Assembly (NCBI GenBank): GCA_044867525.1
Contig: JBIOVB010000130.1
Coordinates: 1-62,081 of the forward strand
Reading direction: 5' to 3'
Length of the DNA stretch: 62,081 nt
Source of the DNA: Acidimicrobiia bacterium
GTDB lineage: Bacteria > Actinomycetota > Acidimicrobiia > Spongiisociales > ZC4RG35
In this document: piece after piece, positions 16,715-26,035 of the stretch
How the letters are laid out: the number at the start of each line of letters is the position of its first letter
Numbering within the stretch: position 1 is the first letter of the stretch
Program-made: the position numbers and the translations under genes
Notes under the pieces: model-generated
The model's input: only the letters and a program-made list of their open reading frames with translations
The model's database searches: none
Told to the model about the DNA's origin: nothing

Positions 16715-18663
16715 GGCTCGACTACCACCGCGAGAACAGCCCCGGCCTCGACCTGCTGCCCGACAGCCGCATGGACGCTCCCCACGGTCCCCGCAGTGGG
16801 CGCCCGCAGGGTGTGCTCCATCTTCATCGCCTCGAGGACGATCAGGACCTGCCCCTCGACGACAATGTCGCCCACCTCGACATCAACCCTGACCACCCGG
16901 CCCGGCATCGGGGCGTGCATCGATCCTGGCGCCTCATCGACCTCTGTCCCCTGGAATCGGGGTAACTCCACGAGTGTCATCGGGCCCGACGGGCCGTCGA
17001 CATACCGCTCTGACCCGACACGATGGACGTCGAATTCGAGGGGTTCTCCCTTGACCATGAGCTCCACCTTCTCCGGGCTCGCCAAGACGATCTCGACTCC
17101 GTCCGCGCCATCGATGACGACCACCCCATCTCGAGTCGTGTGGTATTCCACGACCCATTCCTTCACGCCCTGCATGTACACGCTCTTGTGGGCAGGGCTC
17201 GACGAGTTGCGCCAGCCTCCGGCAATCGAAGACAGCACCGGGGCCACCAGGCGACGGTGGGCTCGATCGGCAATCGCCACCGCAATCACCGCCTGACGGG
17301 CTTCGTCCTCCCCTACGAGAGGCGCAGTCAGGTCGCGATCGTCGAGGAACTGGGTGTCGAGCGATCCCGCGATGAAATCCTGGTCTTCGAGAACTCGGAC
17401 CAGAAGATCGCGGTTGGTGATCGGGCCATGGATCCGGGCCCGGCGGATCGCGTTGGCCAATGACAGCGCAGCCTGTTCCCGGGTCGGGGCATGAGAAATC
17501 ACCTTGGCCAGCATCGGGTCGTAGTGCGTCGAGATCGAGGAGCCGGCCTCGACACCGGAGTCGATACGGAGCCCGTCTGCAGCCGGAAACGAGAACTGGT
17601 GGACGACGCCGGTCACCGGTAGATAGTCGTGGGCCGGGTCTTCGGCGTAGAGGCGAGCCTCGATGGCATGTCCTGAGACCGTGGGGTGGAGCACGGCGTC
17701 GGGCAACGGCCTCCCGTCGGCGACCTCGATCTGAACTCGCACCAGGTCGAGACCGGTGATCATCTCGGTCACCGGGTGTTCGACCTGGAGTCGGGTGTTC
17801 ATCTCCAGGAACCAGAACTCGCCGTCCTGGTAAAGGAACTCGACCGTGCCCGCACCCAGGTACTCGACCGTTCTCGCGATCGCGATCGCGGCCCGACCCA
17901 TCTCTTCCCGGATGGCGGTATCGATCGCGACCGAGGGCGCCTCCTCGATGATCTTCTGGTGCCGGCGTTGGATCGAGCACTCCCGCTCGTGGAGGGAGAC
18001 CACGTTGCCGTGGCTGTCGGCGACGACCTGGATCTCGATGTGACGGGGGGCGTCGAGGAAACTCTCCAGGAAAACGGTGTCGTCTCCGAATGCGGACCCG
18101 GCCTCCCGCCCCGCCGCCGCGACCGCGCCTGCGATGTCGTCCGGGGAACGCACGATGCGCATCCCTTTCCCCCCACCGCCGGCACTGGCCTTGACCAGGA
18201 CCGGGAAGCCGATGCGTTCCGCTGCAGAGACCATCTCTTCGTCACTCAATCCCGTCAGGTCCGTGCTCATCAGGACCGGGACTCCCGCCGCCGCGGCGAT
18301 CGACTTCGACTCCAGCTTCGATCCCATGGTTGCAATCGCCCCCGGTGGCGGACCGATCCAGACGATTCCGGCATCGATGACGGCTCTTGCGAACCGCGGG
18401 CTCTCGGAGAGAAATCCGTAGCCGGGGTGGACCGCGTCCGAGCCGCTCTCCGCCGCTGCCACCAGCACAGCATCGATGTCCAGGTAGGTCTCGAGTGGGG
18501 CAGAACCCGCCAATCTGACGGCTAGATCCGCCTCCATCACATGGGGCTCGCCCGCGTCGGGGTCCGCATAAACGGCCACCGTCTCTATCGTCATGTCACG
18601 ACAGGTGCGGATCACGCGCCGGGCGATCTCCCCGCGGTTGGCCACCAGGACTCTCCCGATCAT
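16699..18663 (-). CDS. Acyl-CoA carboxylase alpha subunit (biotin carboxylase plus BCCP)
   Basis: ANRGEIA, HPGYGFLSE, GGGGKGMR, ERECSIQRRHQK, EMNTRLQVEH, EAMKM. Confidence 0.95.
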   Translation of the reverse strand: MIGRVLVANRGEIARRVIRTCRDMTIETVAVYADPDAGEPHVMEADLAVRLAGSAPLETYLDIDAVLVAAAESGSDAVHPGYGFLSESPRFARAVIDAGIVWIGPPPGAIATMGSKLESKSIAAAAGVPVLMSTDLTGLSDEEMVSAAERIGFPVLVKASAGGGGKGMRIVRSPDDIAGAVAAAGREAGSAFGDDTVFLESFLDAPRHIEIQVVADSHGNVVSLHERECSIQRRHQKIIEEAPSVAIDTAIREEMGRAAIAIARTVEYLGAGTVEFLYQDGEFWFLEMNTRLQVEHPVTEMITGLDLVRVQIEVADGRPLPDAVLHPTVSGHAIEARLYAEDPAHDYLPVTGVVHQFSFPAADGLRIDSGVEAGSSISTHYDPMLAKVISHAPTREQAALSLANAIRRARIHGPITNRDLLVRVLEDQDFIAGSLDTQFLDDRDLTAPLVGEDEARQAVIAVAIADRAHRRLVAPVLSSIAGGWRNSSSPAHKSVYMQGVKEWVVEYHTTRDGVVVIDGADGVEIVLASPEKVELMVKGEPLEFDVHRVGSERYVDGPSGPMTLVELPRFQGTEVDEAPGSMHAPMPGRVVRVDVEVGDIVVEGQVLIVLEAMKMEHTLRAPTAGTVGSVHAAVGQQVEAGAVLAVVVEPSTSG

Positions 18664-18749
18664 CGGGCGACGAGGCTAACCCGGGAACTAACGACGGGCC
18701 CCAGTCGTCAAATTGGTGTCCCCCTTTTCGAGTATGAGGTGAACTCGCG

Positions 18750-19463
18750 ATGACTGAGACTCAATTGTTGGAGCGGGAGGCCGTCACGCCTCCCCAGATT
18801 GCGCCTGTGCCCAGGCCCAGGAGACGCTGGGGCATCGTCCCCGTCGCCTTCGCCCTCGCCGTTGCCGGCGTGGTCGTGGCGATCGGATTCTGGATCGTGT
18901 CCAGTCTCCGTGACATGGCAGCCGCCGTCCCGACGCCCGCTGATATCGCTGCGGTATTCGAGCCGGAGCCCTACGAGGAGATCGGCCCGGTTGTGATCAG
19001 CTCGATCCGCGACCTGGCGAACCTCACCACCATCGAGGTGGTGGAGTACACGATCGTGGACAAGGGCACCGACGGGGGCTGGCTGTCCTGGGCAAGGGGT
19101 GACAGCGTCCAGCTGTTCGCCGTGGCCCGGATAGGCGCAGGCGTCGACCTGAGCCAGGTGACGGTGCGCGACGTGACCGTTGCCGAGGATGGCGTGGTCG
19201 AACTGACGCTCCCGGCGGCACAGATCCAATACGTGGCCGTGGACAACGACGCCACCCAGGTCCTCGACCGGGAGACAGGCCTGTTCACCAAGGGCGATCC
19301 GGAGCTGGAGACCGAGGCCCGTCGGGTGGCAGATGAGGTTCTGGTCCAGGGTGCTTTGGATGACGGCCTCCTCGCAGACGCCGAGGCCAACGCTCGTGAG
19401 GTCCTCTCCGATTTCCTGATCGGGCTCGGCTACCGCGACGTGATCGTGGAGTTCCAGGGCTGA
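18750..19463 (+). CDS. DUF4230 family membrane-anchored protein
   Basis: Single N-terminal TM; IGAGVDLS, LTLPAAQI, AEANAREVL pattern; GAGG SD. Confidence 0.75.
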   Translation: MTETQLLEREAVTPPQIAPVPRPRRRWGIVPVAFALAVAGVVVAIGFWIVSSLRDMAAAVPTPADIAAVFEPEPYEEIGPVVISSIRDLANLTTIEVVEYTIVDKGTDGGWLSWARGDSVQLFAVARIGAGVDLSQVTVRDVTVAEDGVVELTLPAAQIQYVAVDNDATQVLDRETGLFTKGDPELETEARRVADEVLVQGALDDGLLADAEANAREVLSDFLIGLGYRDVIVEFQG

Positions 19464-19489
19464 CCATCCTTTCGACGTTGGGTCTGAAG

Positions 19490-19897
19490 ATGGAGACGAC
19501 TGAACTTTCGATCATGACCGGCAACAAGGCCGGAGTGGTCGACATCACTGCCACTGCGTCCAGCTTCATCGCGGATCGCGGCGATGGCCTGCTCTCGGTG
19601 TTCGTGCCTCACGCCACTGCCGGCGTGGCCATCATCGAGGTCGGTGCCGGAAGCGATCATGACCTCCTGACTGCCATCGACGAGCTGCTTCCCGCGGAGC
19701 CCAACCGCTGGGGGCACGAGCACGGGAGCCCGGGTCACGGACGGGACCACGTGCTCCCGGCCTTCGTCTCACCGAGCCTGACCATCCCGGTCCTGGATGG
19801 GAGCTTGGCCCTCGGCACCTGGCAATCGGTGGTGCTGGTCGACACCAATGTCGACAACCAGAACCGAAGGGTCAGGCTCTCCTTCATCCCGGCCTGA
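19490..19897 (+). CDS. yjbQ: YjbQ/UPF0047 family protein
   Basis: VDIT, FVPHATAG, HGSPGHGRDH, LGTWQ. Confidence 0.9.
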   Translation: METTELSIMTGNKAGVVDITATASSFIADRGDGLLSVFVPHATAGVAIIEVGAGSDHDLLTAIDELLPAEPNRWGHEHGSPGHGRDHVLPAFVSPSLTIPVLDGSLALGTWQSVVLVDTNVDNQNRRVRLSFIPA

Positions 19898-19910
19898 TTC
19901 CAAATTGGCC

Positions 19911-19948
19911 GTGTGATCTGGGAGCGGCGGCTCCCTGGCTGATCACAT
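19911..19948. terminator. Hairpin between convergent genes (possible terminator)
   Basis: TGTGATC...GATCACA outer stem, GGGAGC-GGCG-GCTCCC inner stem; no U-tract. Confidence 0.45.
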
Positions 19949-21541
19949 GCGGAAGACGCCGAACCGGTCGGTCCCCCGAACCGGTCCACAGTGAACAGCT
20001 GACAGGGCGATGCCGAGCACGTCTCTCGTGTCGCGGGGGTCGATGAGACCGTCGTCCCTCACCCGTCCCGTAGAGAAGTAGGCCTGCTCCTCATGTTCGA
20101 TCTGGGCCTCGATCTCGGCACGTCTCGCCTGATCCGCGTCTTCGTCGAACGGCTCTCCTCGTGACTCTGCGCTCTGCCGGGCGATGATCGACATCACTCC
20201 GGCCAGCTGCTTCGGCCCCATCACCGCCACCTTGTGTCCCGGGTACCCGAATACGAAACGGGGGTCGTAAGAGCGGCCCGACATGCCGTAGTTGCCGGCG
20301 CCGTAGGAGACGCCTGCCATCAGCGTGATGTGGGGCACCTCGGAGTTGGCAACCACATTGACCATCTTCGCCCCGTCTTTGATGATTCCTCGCTGTTCGT
20401 ATTCCTTGCCCACCATGTAGCCGGTGGTGTTGTGGATGAAGATGATCGGGGTGTCGTAGCGGTTGCTGAGCTGGATGAACTCGGTCGCCTTCTGCGCTTC
20501 CTCCGAGAAGATGACGCCCTGTTGGTTGGCGACAACTCCGACCGGGAAGCCGTGAACGGAGGCCCAGCCAGTGAGGATCGAGGTTCCGTAAACCGCCTTG
20601 TACTCCTCGAATCGGGAGCCGTCGACGACCCGCGCCAGTATCTCCCGCATGTCGAACGGGACCCGCAGATCGTGGGGAATGACTCCGAGGATGTCGTCGA
20701 TGTCATGAACCGGCGGGTCGGGAGGCTTGGTCGGGCCATATCCCTGCTTCCGCCAGTTGAGGTGGGCCACGATCTCGCGGCCCATCCGGATCGCCTCCTG
20801 CTCATCCTGGGCGAAGTAGTCCGATAGACCGGAGATTCGGGAGTGCATGTCGGCGCCACCCAGCTCTTCATCGGTCGATTCCTCACCGGTGGCCATCTTG
20901 ACCAGCGGCGGGCCTCCCAGGAACACCTTCGCCCGGTCCTTGACCATGATCGAGTAGTCGCACATCGCCGGGAAGTAGGCGCCACCGGCTGTGGAGCTCC
21001 CGAAGACGATGGCGATCGTGGGCACCCCGGCCTTGGAAAGACGAGTCAGGTTTCGGAACCACTTGCCGCCGACGATGAACACCTCGGCTTGGTCGGGCAG
21101 GTCGGCCCCGCCCGACTCGACCAGGTTGATCAGGGGAAGGCGGTTCTCCCGGGCGATGTCCATGATGCGGAGGGTCTTGGCCACCGAATAGCGGTTCATC
21201 GAGCCCGCCTGGCTCGTGGGGTCGTGGGCAAGGATGGCGCACTCGACTCCCTCGACCACCCCGATCCCGGTCACCACGTTGGCGCCCAGGGGCTTGTCGG
21301 TGCCCCAGGCGGCAAGAGTCGACAGCTCGAGAAACGGTGCGTCCTGATCCAGAAGGAGCTCGATGCGCTCCCTGGCCAGCATCTTGCCCCGTTCCCGGTG
21401 TCGGGCGACGTACTTCTCGCCCCCGCCCTGTCCCGCCTGCTCCACCAGAGCTTCGAATTCGGCGAGCTTGGCCTCCATCGCGGAGCGGTTGGCCTGGTAC
21501 TCCTCGGAGTGGGGGTCGACCTTGGTGGTCAGGACCTGCAT
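19943..21541 (-). CDS. Acyl-CoA carboxylase beta (carboxyltransferase) subunit, MCC/GCC type
   Basis: RERIELLLD, ESGGADLP, GSSTAGGAY, GGPPLVKMATGE, GAGNYGM, IDPRDTR. Confidence 0.94.
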   Translation of the reverse strand: MQVLTTKVDPHSEEYQANRSAMEAKLAEFEALVEQAGQGGGEKYVARHRERGKMLARERIELLLDQDAPFLELSTLAAWGTDKPLGANVVTGIGVVEGVECAILAHDPTSQAGSMNRYSVAKTLRIMDIARENRLPLINLVESGGADLPDQAEVFIVGGKWFRNLTRLSKAGVPTIAIVFGSSTAGGAYFPAMCDYSIMVKDRAKVFLGGPPLVKMATGEESTDEELGGADMHSRISGLSDYFAQDEQEAIRMGREIVAHLNWRKQGYGPTKPPDPPVHDIDDILGVIPHDLRVPFDMREILARVVDGSRFEEYKAVYGTSILTGWASVHGFPVGVVANQQGVIFSEEAQKATEFIQLSNRYDTPIIFIHNTTGYMVGKEYEQRGIIKDGAKMVNVVANSEVPHITLMAGVSYGAGNYGMSGRSYDPRFVFGYPGHKVAVMGPKQLAGVMSIIARQSAESRGEPFDEDADQARRAEIEAQIEHEEQAYFSTGRVRDDGLIDPRDTRDVLGIALSAVHCGPVRGTDRFGVFRM

Positions 21542-21550
21542 GTCACACCC

Positions 21551-21603
21551 CGATTCTCGCGCGCCGATGTCGACCTATAGGTCGATGATGGCGCGCGAAA
21601 ACG
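21551..21603. repeat. About 53-bp nested palindrome (REP-like)
   Basis: TCGCGCGCC...TCGACC-TATA-GGTCGA...GGCGCGCGA. Confidence 0.65.
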
Positions 21604-21619
21604 GTTGGGGGGGAGAGAA

Positions 21620-21925
21620 TCAGCCCTCGTGGACGGCGTCGGCGTTGTAGGGCTCGATCATGATGCACTCGCCCGGGCATTCCTCCGCCGACTCCAGAGT
21701 GTCCTGAACGAGGTTGTCGGGGATGCGGGCCAGACCGCGCGCCCCGTCCGGGGCCTGCCCACCGTCGAACACCACCGTCCGATCGAAGTACTTGGCCTCT
21801 TCCTTGACCACCCACAACCCGTCGTCTCGACCAAGGAAGACGTCGGGTGTGATCTCCTCACATATCCCGTCGCCGGTGCAGAGGTCCTGGTCGATCCAAA
21901 CCATCAGTTTCGTCTCTTTGGCCAT
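21620..21925 (-). CDS. Monocluster ferredoxin (CxxDxxC...CP)
   Basis: WIDQDLCTGDGICEEITPDVF...AEECPGECI. Confidence 0.9.
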   Translation of the reverse strand: MAKETKLMVWIDQDLCTGDGICEEITPDVFLGRDDGLWVVKEEAKYFDRTVVFDGGQAPDGARGLARIPDNLVQDTLESAEECPGECIMIEPYNADAVHEG

Positions 21926-21972
21926 GACACTCACAACCTAGGCGATCCCTGTCCTTCTGCCAGAATCTGTCC

Positions 21973-22419
21973 ATGGAAGTGGTCGACCGCCTCCAAGTCA
22001 TGGTCGGTGAGGAGGTTGGAGTCACCGATTGGATAGAGATCACCCAGGAGCGGGTCGACGCTTTCGCCGGGGCCACCGATGACCATCAGTGGATTCATGT
22101 CGACCCGGAGCGGGCGGAGAAGGGCCCGTTCGGGGGCACCATCGCCCACGGCTTTCTCACCCTTGCGCTCACCGTCCCGTTGAGCGCGGCGGTGGAGCTG
22201 GACGTGGGCGCTCCGACGATGGGCATCAACTACGGGTTGGAGAAGGTGCGCTTCCCGGCACCGGTACCGGTCGGTTCGAAGATACGGGCGCGGGTGGGGC
22301 TGGTCGGTGTCAGCGAGGTCCCGGGCGGGATCCAGGTAAACCGCCAGGTGACTATCGAGGTCGAGGGCAGCGAGAAGCCCGCCATGGTCGCCGAAACGGT
22401 GAGCCGCTACTACTACTGA
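21973..22419 (+). CDS. MaoC family (R)-specific hydratase/dehydratase
   Basis: FAGATDDHQWIHVD, TIAHGFLTL, NYGLEKVRFPAPV. Confidence 0.93.
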   Translation: MEVVDRLQVMVGEEVGVTDWIEITQERVDAFAGATDDHQWIHVDPERAEKGPFGGTIAHGFLTLALTVPLSAAVELDVGAPTMGINYGLEKVRFPAPVPVGSKIRARVGLVGVSEVPGGIQVNRQVTIEVEGSEKPAMVAETVSRYYY

Positions 22420-22426
22420 GCTCACC

Positions 22427-22477
22427 CGAAATTTGGACCGTGAGGTCAACATAAGACCCCTGAGCGTCCAAATTTCG
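22427..22477. repeat. 51-bp palindromic element, subfamily A copy 1
   Basis: Perfect 12-bp IR CGAAATTTGGAC/GTCCAAATTTCG; homologous to the reverse complement of 39879-39929. Confidence 0.85.
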
Positions 22478-22486
22478 AGAGGGGGG

Positions 22487-23185
22487 CTAGGAAAGACTCC
22501 TCCCGCCACCAACCACGATCACCTCCCCGGTGATGTAGGAGGAGAGCGGGGTGAGCAGGAACCAGACCAGGTTGGCCACCTCGTCCGGCGTTCCCATCCG
22601 CTGCAGCGGGATCGCGGCGACCATCCTCTCCCGGGTCTCCTCTGGGATCGCCAGGCTCATCTCGGACCCGATGAGGCCGGGGGCCACCGCATTGACCCGA
22701 ATCGCAGGCGCCAGGCCCAATGCCAGGGCCCGGGTCAGGCCAACCAGGCCGCCCTTGGACATCGAGTAGTTGAACTGGCCGAAATTTCCCAGATAAGCCC
22801 GGGAGGAGATGTTGACGATTGAGGCCCCGTCACCCATGAGCGGAGTGAGCTCGGAGCAGAGGCGGTAGGCGGCGCCGAGATTGACCTCGAGCACCGCCCG
22901 CAAGTTCTCCTCGGTCATGTTGACCAGTCGCGAGTCTCTGGTGATCCCGGCGTTGTTGACCAGGCCGACCAGGGGAAGCCCGGTCTCGAGGATCGCGTCG
23001 TGGACGGTGGCCGGGCCCTCGGGAGCGGTGAGGTCGACCTGGACCGGGGTGAGGCCCTCGGACAGCGCGAGCTCAGGTGCCAGGTCGACCCCGATCACGG
23101 TGAGAGGCCCGGTGCCAGCGAGCTTCTCTGCGATCACCCGGCCGATGCCGCGGGCGGCCCCGGTGACCACCACGACCCCGTTCAT
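22487..23185 (-). CDS. SDR, FabG-like 3-oxoacyl reductase
   Basis: TGAARGIG, NNAGITRD, NISS, YSMSK, NAVAPG. Confidence 0.92.
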   Translation of the reverse strand: MNGVVVVTGAARGIGRVIAEKLAGTGPLTVIGVDLAPELALSEGLTPVQVDLTAPEGPATVHDAILETGLPLVGLVNNAGITRDSRLVNMTEENLRAVLEVNLGAAYRLCSELTPLMGDGASIVNISSRAYLGNFGQFNYSMSKGGLVGLTRALALGLAPAIRVNAVAPGLIGSEMSLAIPEETRERMVAAIPLQRMGTPDEVANLVWFLLTPLSSYITGEVIVVGGGRSLS

Positions 23186-23559
23186 GGCAGGGCCTTGCCC
23201 AGGTGCCCGGGGCCGATCCGCAACAACTCACCGGTGACCGCCGGCGACTGCTCCAGTCGTGCGATCCAGGCGTCAACGGCTTCGTCCTTGGTGGCGTCGG
23301 ACACCGCGATCACGTTCACCGTCCAGCCGTCCCTGATCCCCTCCAGAGCCGCGGTCCTCGCTGCGGAGAGGAGCCCGGTGGCCACCATGGCGCGACCCGG
23401 GCCCCTCCTGCCCAAGAGGTCGTCGTTGTCGATGACGTAGACCACCGGGTCCCCGGCCTGGGCCGCAGCCCGGGTCACCTCGAAGGCACGGGTGAGCTCC
23501 CCGAGAACCTGCTCCCAGTCGTCGCCGACCGGGCCACAACGATGGATGACCATGCTCAC
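23182..23559 (-). CDS. Small hypothetical protein resembling a degenerate SDR C-terminal half
   Basis: ARTAALE..WTVNVIA...VTGELLRI; 4-nt overlaps with both neighbours. Confidence 0.7.
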   Translation of the reverse strand: MSMVIHRCGPVGDDWEQVLGELTRAFEVTRAAAQAGDPVVYVIDNDDLLGRRGPGRAMVATGLLSAARTAALEGIRDGWTVNVIAVSDATKDEAVDAWIARLEQSPAVTGELLRIGPGHLGKALP

Positions 23560-24737
23560 GACACGATGGCGGTCCCCGTCTCGACCATTTGGTCGATGGT
23601 CGAGGCATCGAGACCGAGTTCGGCGAGCAGAGCCCGGGTGTGTTGTCCCAGAGTCGCCGGTGCGGACCCGGCGCGTGCCGGCTGACCGTCGACCTTCAGC
23701 GGGGAGCCGGTCACCTTGATCGCTCCTGCTCTCGGGTGGTCCATCTCCACCAGCATCTCATTGTGACGGGCCTGGGGATCTGAGATGGCCTCGGTCAGGG
23801 TGAGCACGTGGCCAACCGGCAGCCCGACCTGTCCGAGGAGGTCCACCCAGTAGTCGGCCGGCTCGGTCTTGAACACCTTCGACAGCTTCCGCACCAATTG
23901 GTCCCGGCGAGCCATCCGTGTCTCGTTGTCCGGGTAGTCGGCGACGAGGTCGGGTCGCTCCAACGCTTCGGCCAGCAGCTGAAAATGGCGCTCGGAGACG
24001 ACCGCGAGCGTGAACGGGGCGTCGGCGGCGACGAACACCTGATTCGGGCTGATGAACGGGCTGGCGGTGCCGGTGCGTGCCGGCTCCTCGCCGGATGCCA
24101 GGGCCAATGCATTCCATCCGGATTGCACCGCGATCACCCCGTCGCGAAGGGAAACGTCGATCCGGCATCCCCTGGGCCGTCTTCTGGCCAGGGCCGCCGA
24201 CACGGCGAGCGCCAGGTTGGTGCCTGCCAGGTAGTCGGCGATGGTGGTCGCTGTCTTGTGCGGACCGTCGTTGTGCTCGCCGGTTATCGAGATCATCCCG
24301 GACTCGCCCTGGAAGACGATGTCAACCCCCGCCCGACGTGCGTACGGGCCTTCGGCTCCGAATGCGCTCACCGCGCCGAAGATCAGGTTCGGGTTGAGGT
24401 CATGGGCCCGGGCCTCGCCGAATCCGAGGCGCTCGATCGCCCCATGCCGGAGATTGTGGATCAGGACATCTGCCTTCTTCACCAGATTGTCGAGGACGCG
24501 TTTCGACAGCCAATCTTTGGGGTCCAGCGCCAATGATTCCTTTCCCCGGTTCACCGCCATGAAGAAGCTCGACTCGCCGCCCTGGAGCGGCCCGAAGCGA
24601 CGCCCCAGGTCCCCTTCCAATGGCTCGACCTTGACCACCCGCGCCCCGAGGTCGGCGAGCAGCATCCCGGCGTAGGGGGCCGCGATCAGGTTGCCGAACT
24701 CCACGACCAGGACGCCGTGCAGCGGGCCTTCAGACAC
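23556..24737 (-). CDS. Family III CoA transferase (CaiB/BaiF)
   Basis: LADLGARVVKVE, NRGKES, AFGAEGPY, ADYLAG, LGQHT. Confidence 0.93.
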   Translation of the reverse strand: MSEGPLHGVLVVEFGNLIAAPYAGMLLADLGARVVKVEPLEGDLGRRFGPLQGGESSFFMAVNRGKESLALDPKDWLSKRVLDNLVKKADVLIHNLRHGAIERLGFGEARAHDLNPNLIFGAVSAFGAEGPYARRAGVDIVFQGESGMISITGEHNDGPHKTATTIADYLAGTNLALAVSAALARRRPRGCRIDVSLRDGVIAVQSGWNALALASGEEPARTGTASPFISPNQVFVAADAPFTLAVVSERHFQLLAEALERPDLVADYPDNETRMARRDQLVRKLSKVFKTEPADYWVDLLGQVGLPVGHVLTLTEAISDPQARHNEMLVEMDHPRAGAIKVTGSPLKVDGQPARAGSAPATLGQHTRALLAELGLDASTIDQMVETGTAIVS

Positions 24738-25941
24738 GTTCGACGATCACTGCGATTCCCTGGCCCACGCCAATGCACATGGTGGCCAGGCCGAAGCGAC
24801 CCTGCCGCCGCACCAGCTCGTGGACCAGCGTCACCAGCAGACGGGCCCCGGACGCCCCGAGGGGGTGGCCGAGGGCGATGGCGCCGCCGTTGACGTTGAC
24901 GAGTTCCTCCTCGATGCCGAGCTCTCGGATGCTGGCAACGGCCTGGGAGGCAAAGGCCTCGTTGATTTCGATGAGTTCGAGGTCGCCAGCCTCGATGCCG
25001 GCTCTTGCCAGCGCTTTCTCGGATGCCGGGACCGGGCCCATCCCCATGATGTCGGGATGGACCCCGGCCGCTGCCGAGCTCACGATCCGGGCCAGCGGGG
25101 TCAGCCCGTGGCGCTCGACCCCGGCCTCGGTGGCGAGGAGGAGAGCTGCCGCGCCGTCGTTCATCGGTGAGGAGTTTCCGGCCGTGACCGAGCCGTCCTT
25201 CTTGAAGACCGGGGGCAGGGCCGCCAACTGCACAAGAGAGGTGTCGGGTCGGGGCCCTTCGTCGTTCTCGATCGTCGCCGCTCCCCGATGCCGGTGGTCG
25301 CTGGGCACCTCCATGGGCTCGATCTCGTCCTTGAATCGCCCGGCTTGCACCGCCTCAACCGCGAGCCGGTGACTGCGCAGGGCGAACTCGTCCTGCGCCT
25401 CTCTGCTCACCCGATACCTCTCGGCCACCACCTCGGCGGTCATCCCCAGGGAGATGACCGGGAAGAGACGCTCCATCTCGGGGTTGATCAGCCGCCACCC
25501 GATCACCGTGTCTGCGGTCTCGGGGACGCCGACTGGGAATGCGCGGTCGGCCTTGGTCGTGACGTATGGAGCCCGGCTCATCGACTCCGAGCCCCCGGCG
25601 ATCATGACCTCACCCCACCCGTCGCGCAGGGCTTGGGAGGCAGAGATCACCGCCTGCATCCCTGAGCCACAGAGTCGGTTGACGGTCGCTCCGGAGACCT
25701 CGACCGGAAGCCCGGCGAGCAGGGCTGCCATCCGGGCCACATTCCGGTTGTCTTCACCCGCCTGGTTGGCCGCCCCCCATTGAATGTCCTCTATCCCGGT
25801 GGGGTCGAGGCTCGGGGTGCGGGCCAGGAGCCGTCCGATGGCATGGGCGGCGAGATCGTCGGGACGGACATGGGCCAACTGGCCGCCGAGCTTGCCCATC
25901 GGCGTCCGACAACCATCCACTACGAAGATGTCTTCGCTCAT
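24730..25941 (-). CDS. Thiolase (acetyl-CoA C-acyltransferase, PcaF/PaaJ-like)
   Basis: NQAGEDNRNVAR, NRLCGSG, NEAF, GHPLGASG, CIGVGQG; start could also be 25947 or 25956. Confidence 0.94.
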   Translation of the reverse strand: MSEDIFVVDGCRTPMGKLGGQLAHVRPDDLAAHAIGRLLARTPSLDPTGIEDIQWGAANQAGEDNRNVARMAALLAGLPVEVSGATVNRLCGSGMQAVISASQALRDGWGEVMIAGGSESMSRAPYVTTKADRAFPVGVPETADTVIGWRLINPEMERLFPVISLGMTAEVVAERYRVSREAQDEFALRSHRLAVEAVQAGRFKDEIEPMEVPSDHRHRGAATIENDEGPRPDTSLVQLAALPPVFKKDGSVTAGNSSPMNDGAAALLLATEAGVERHGLTPLARIVSSAAAGVHPDIMGMGPVPASEKALARAGIEAGDLELIEINEAFASQAVASIRELGIEEELVNVNGGAIALGHPLGASGARLLVTLVHELVRRQGRFGLATMCIGVGQGIAVIVERV

Positions 25942-26035
25942 TCCCATTGCGCTCACATTCTGGCCATGTGACCGGGGTCAGATAGGGGACAACCCCCATA
26001 TCCCCGGAAACCTTTTCACCTTACGTTGACGTCAG

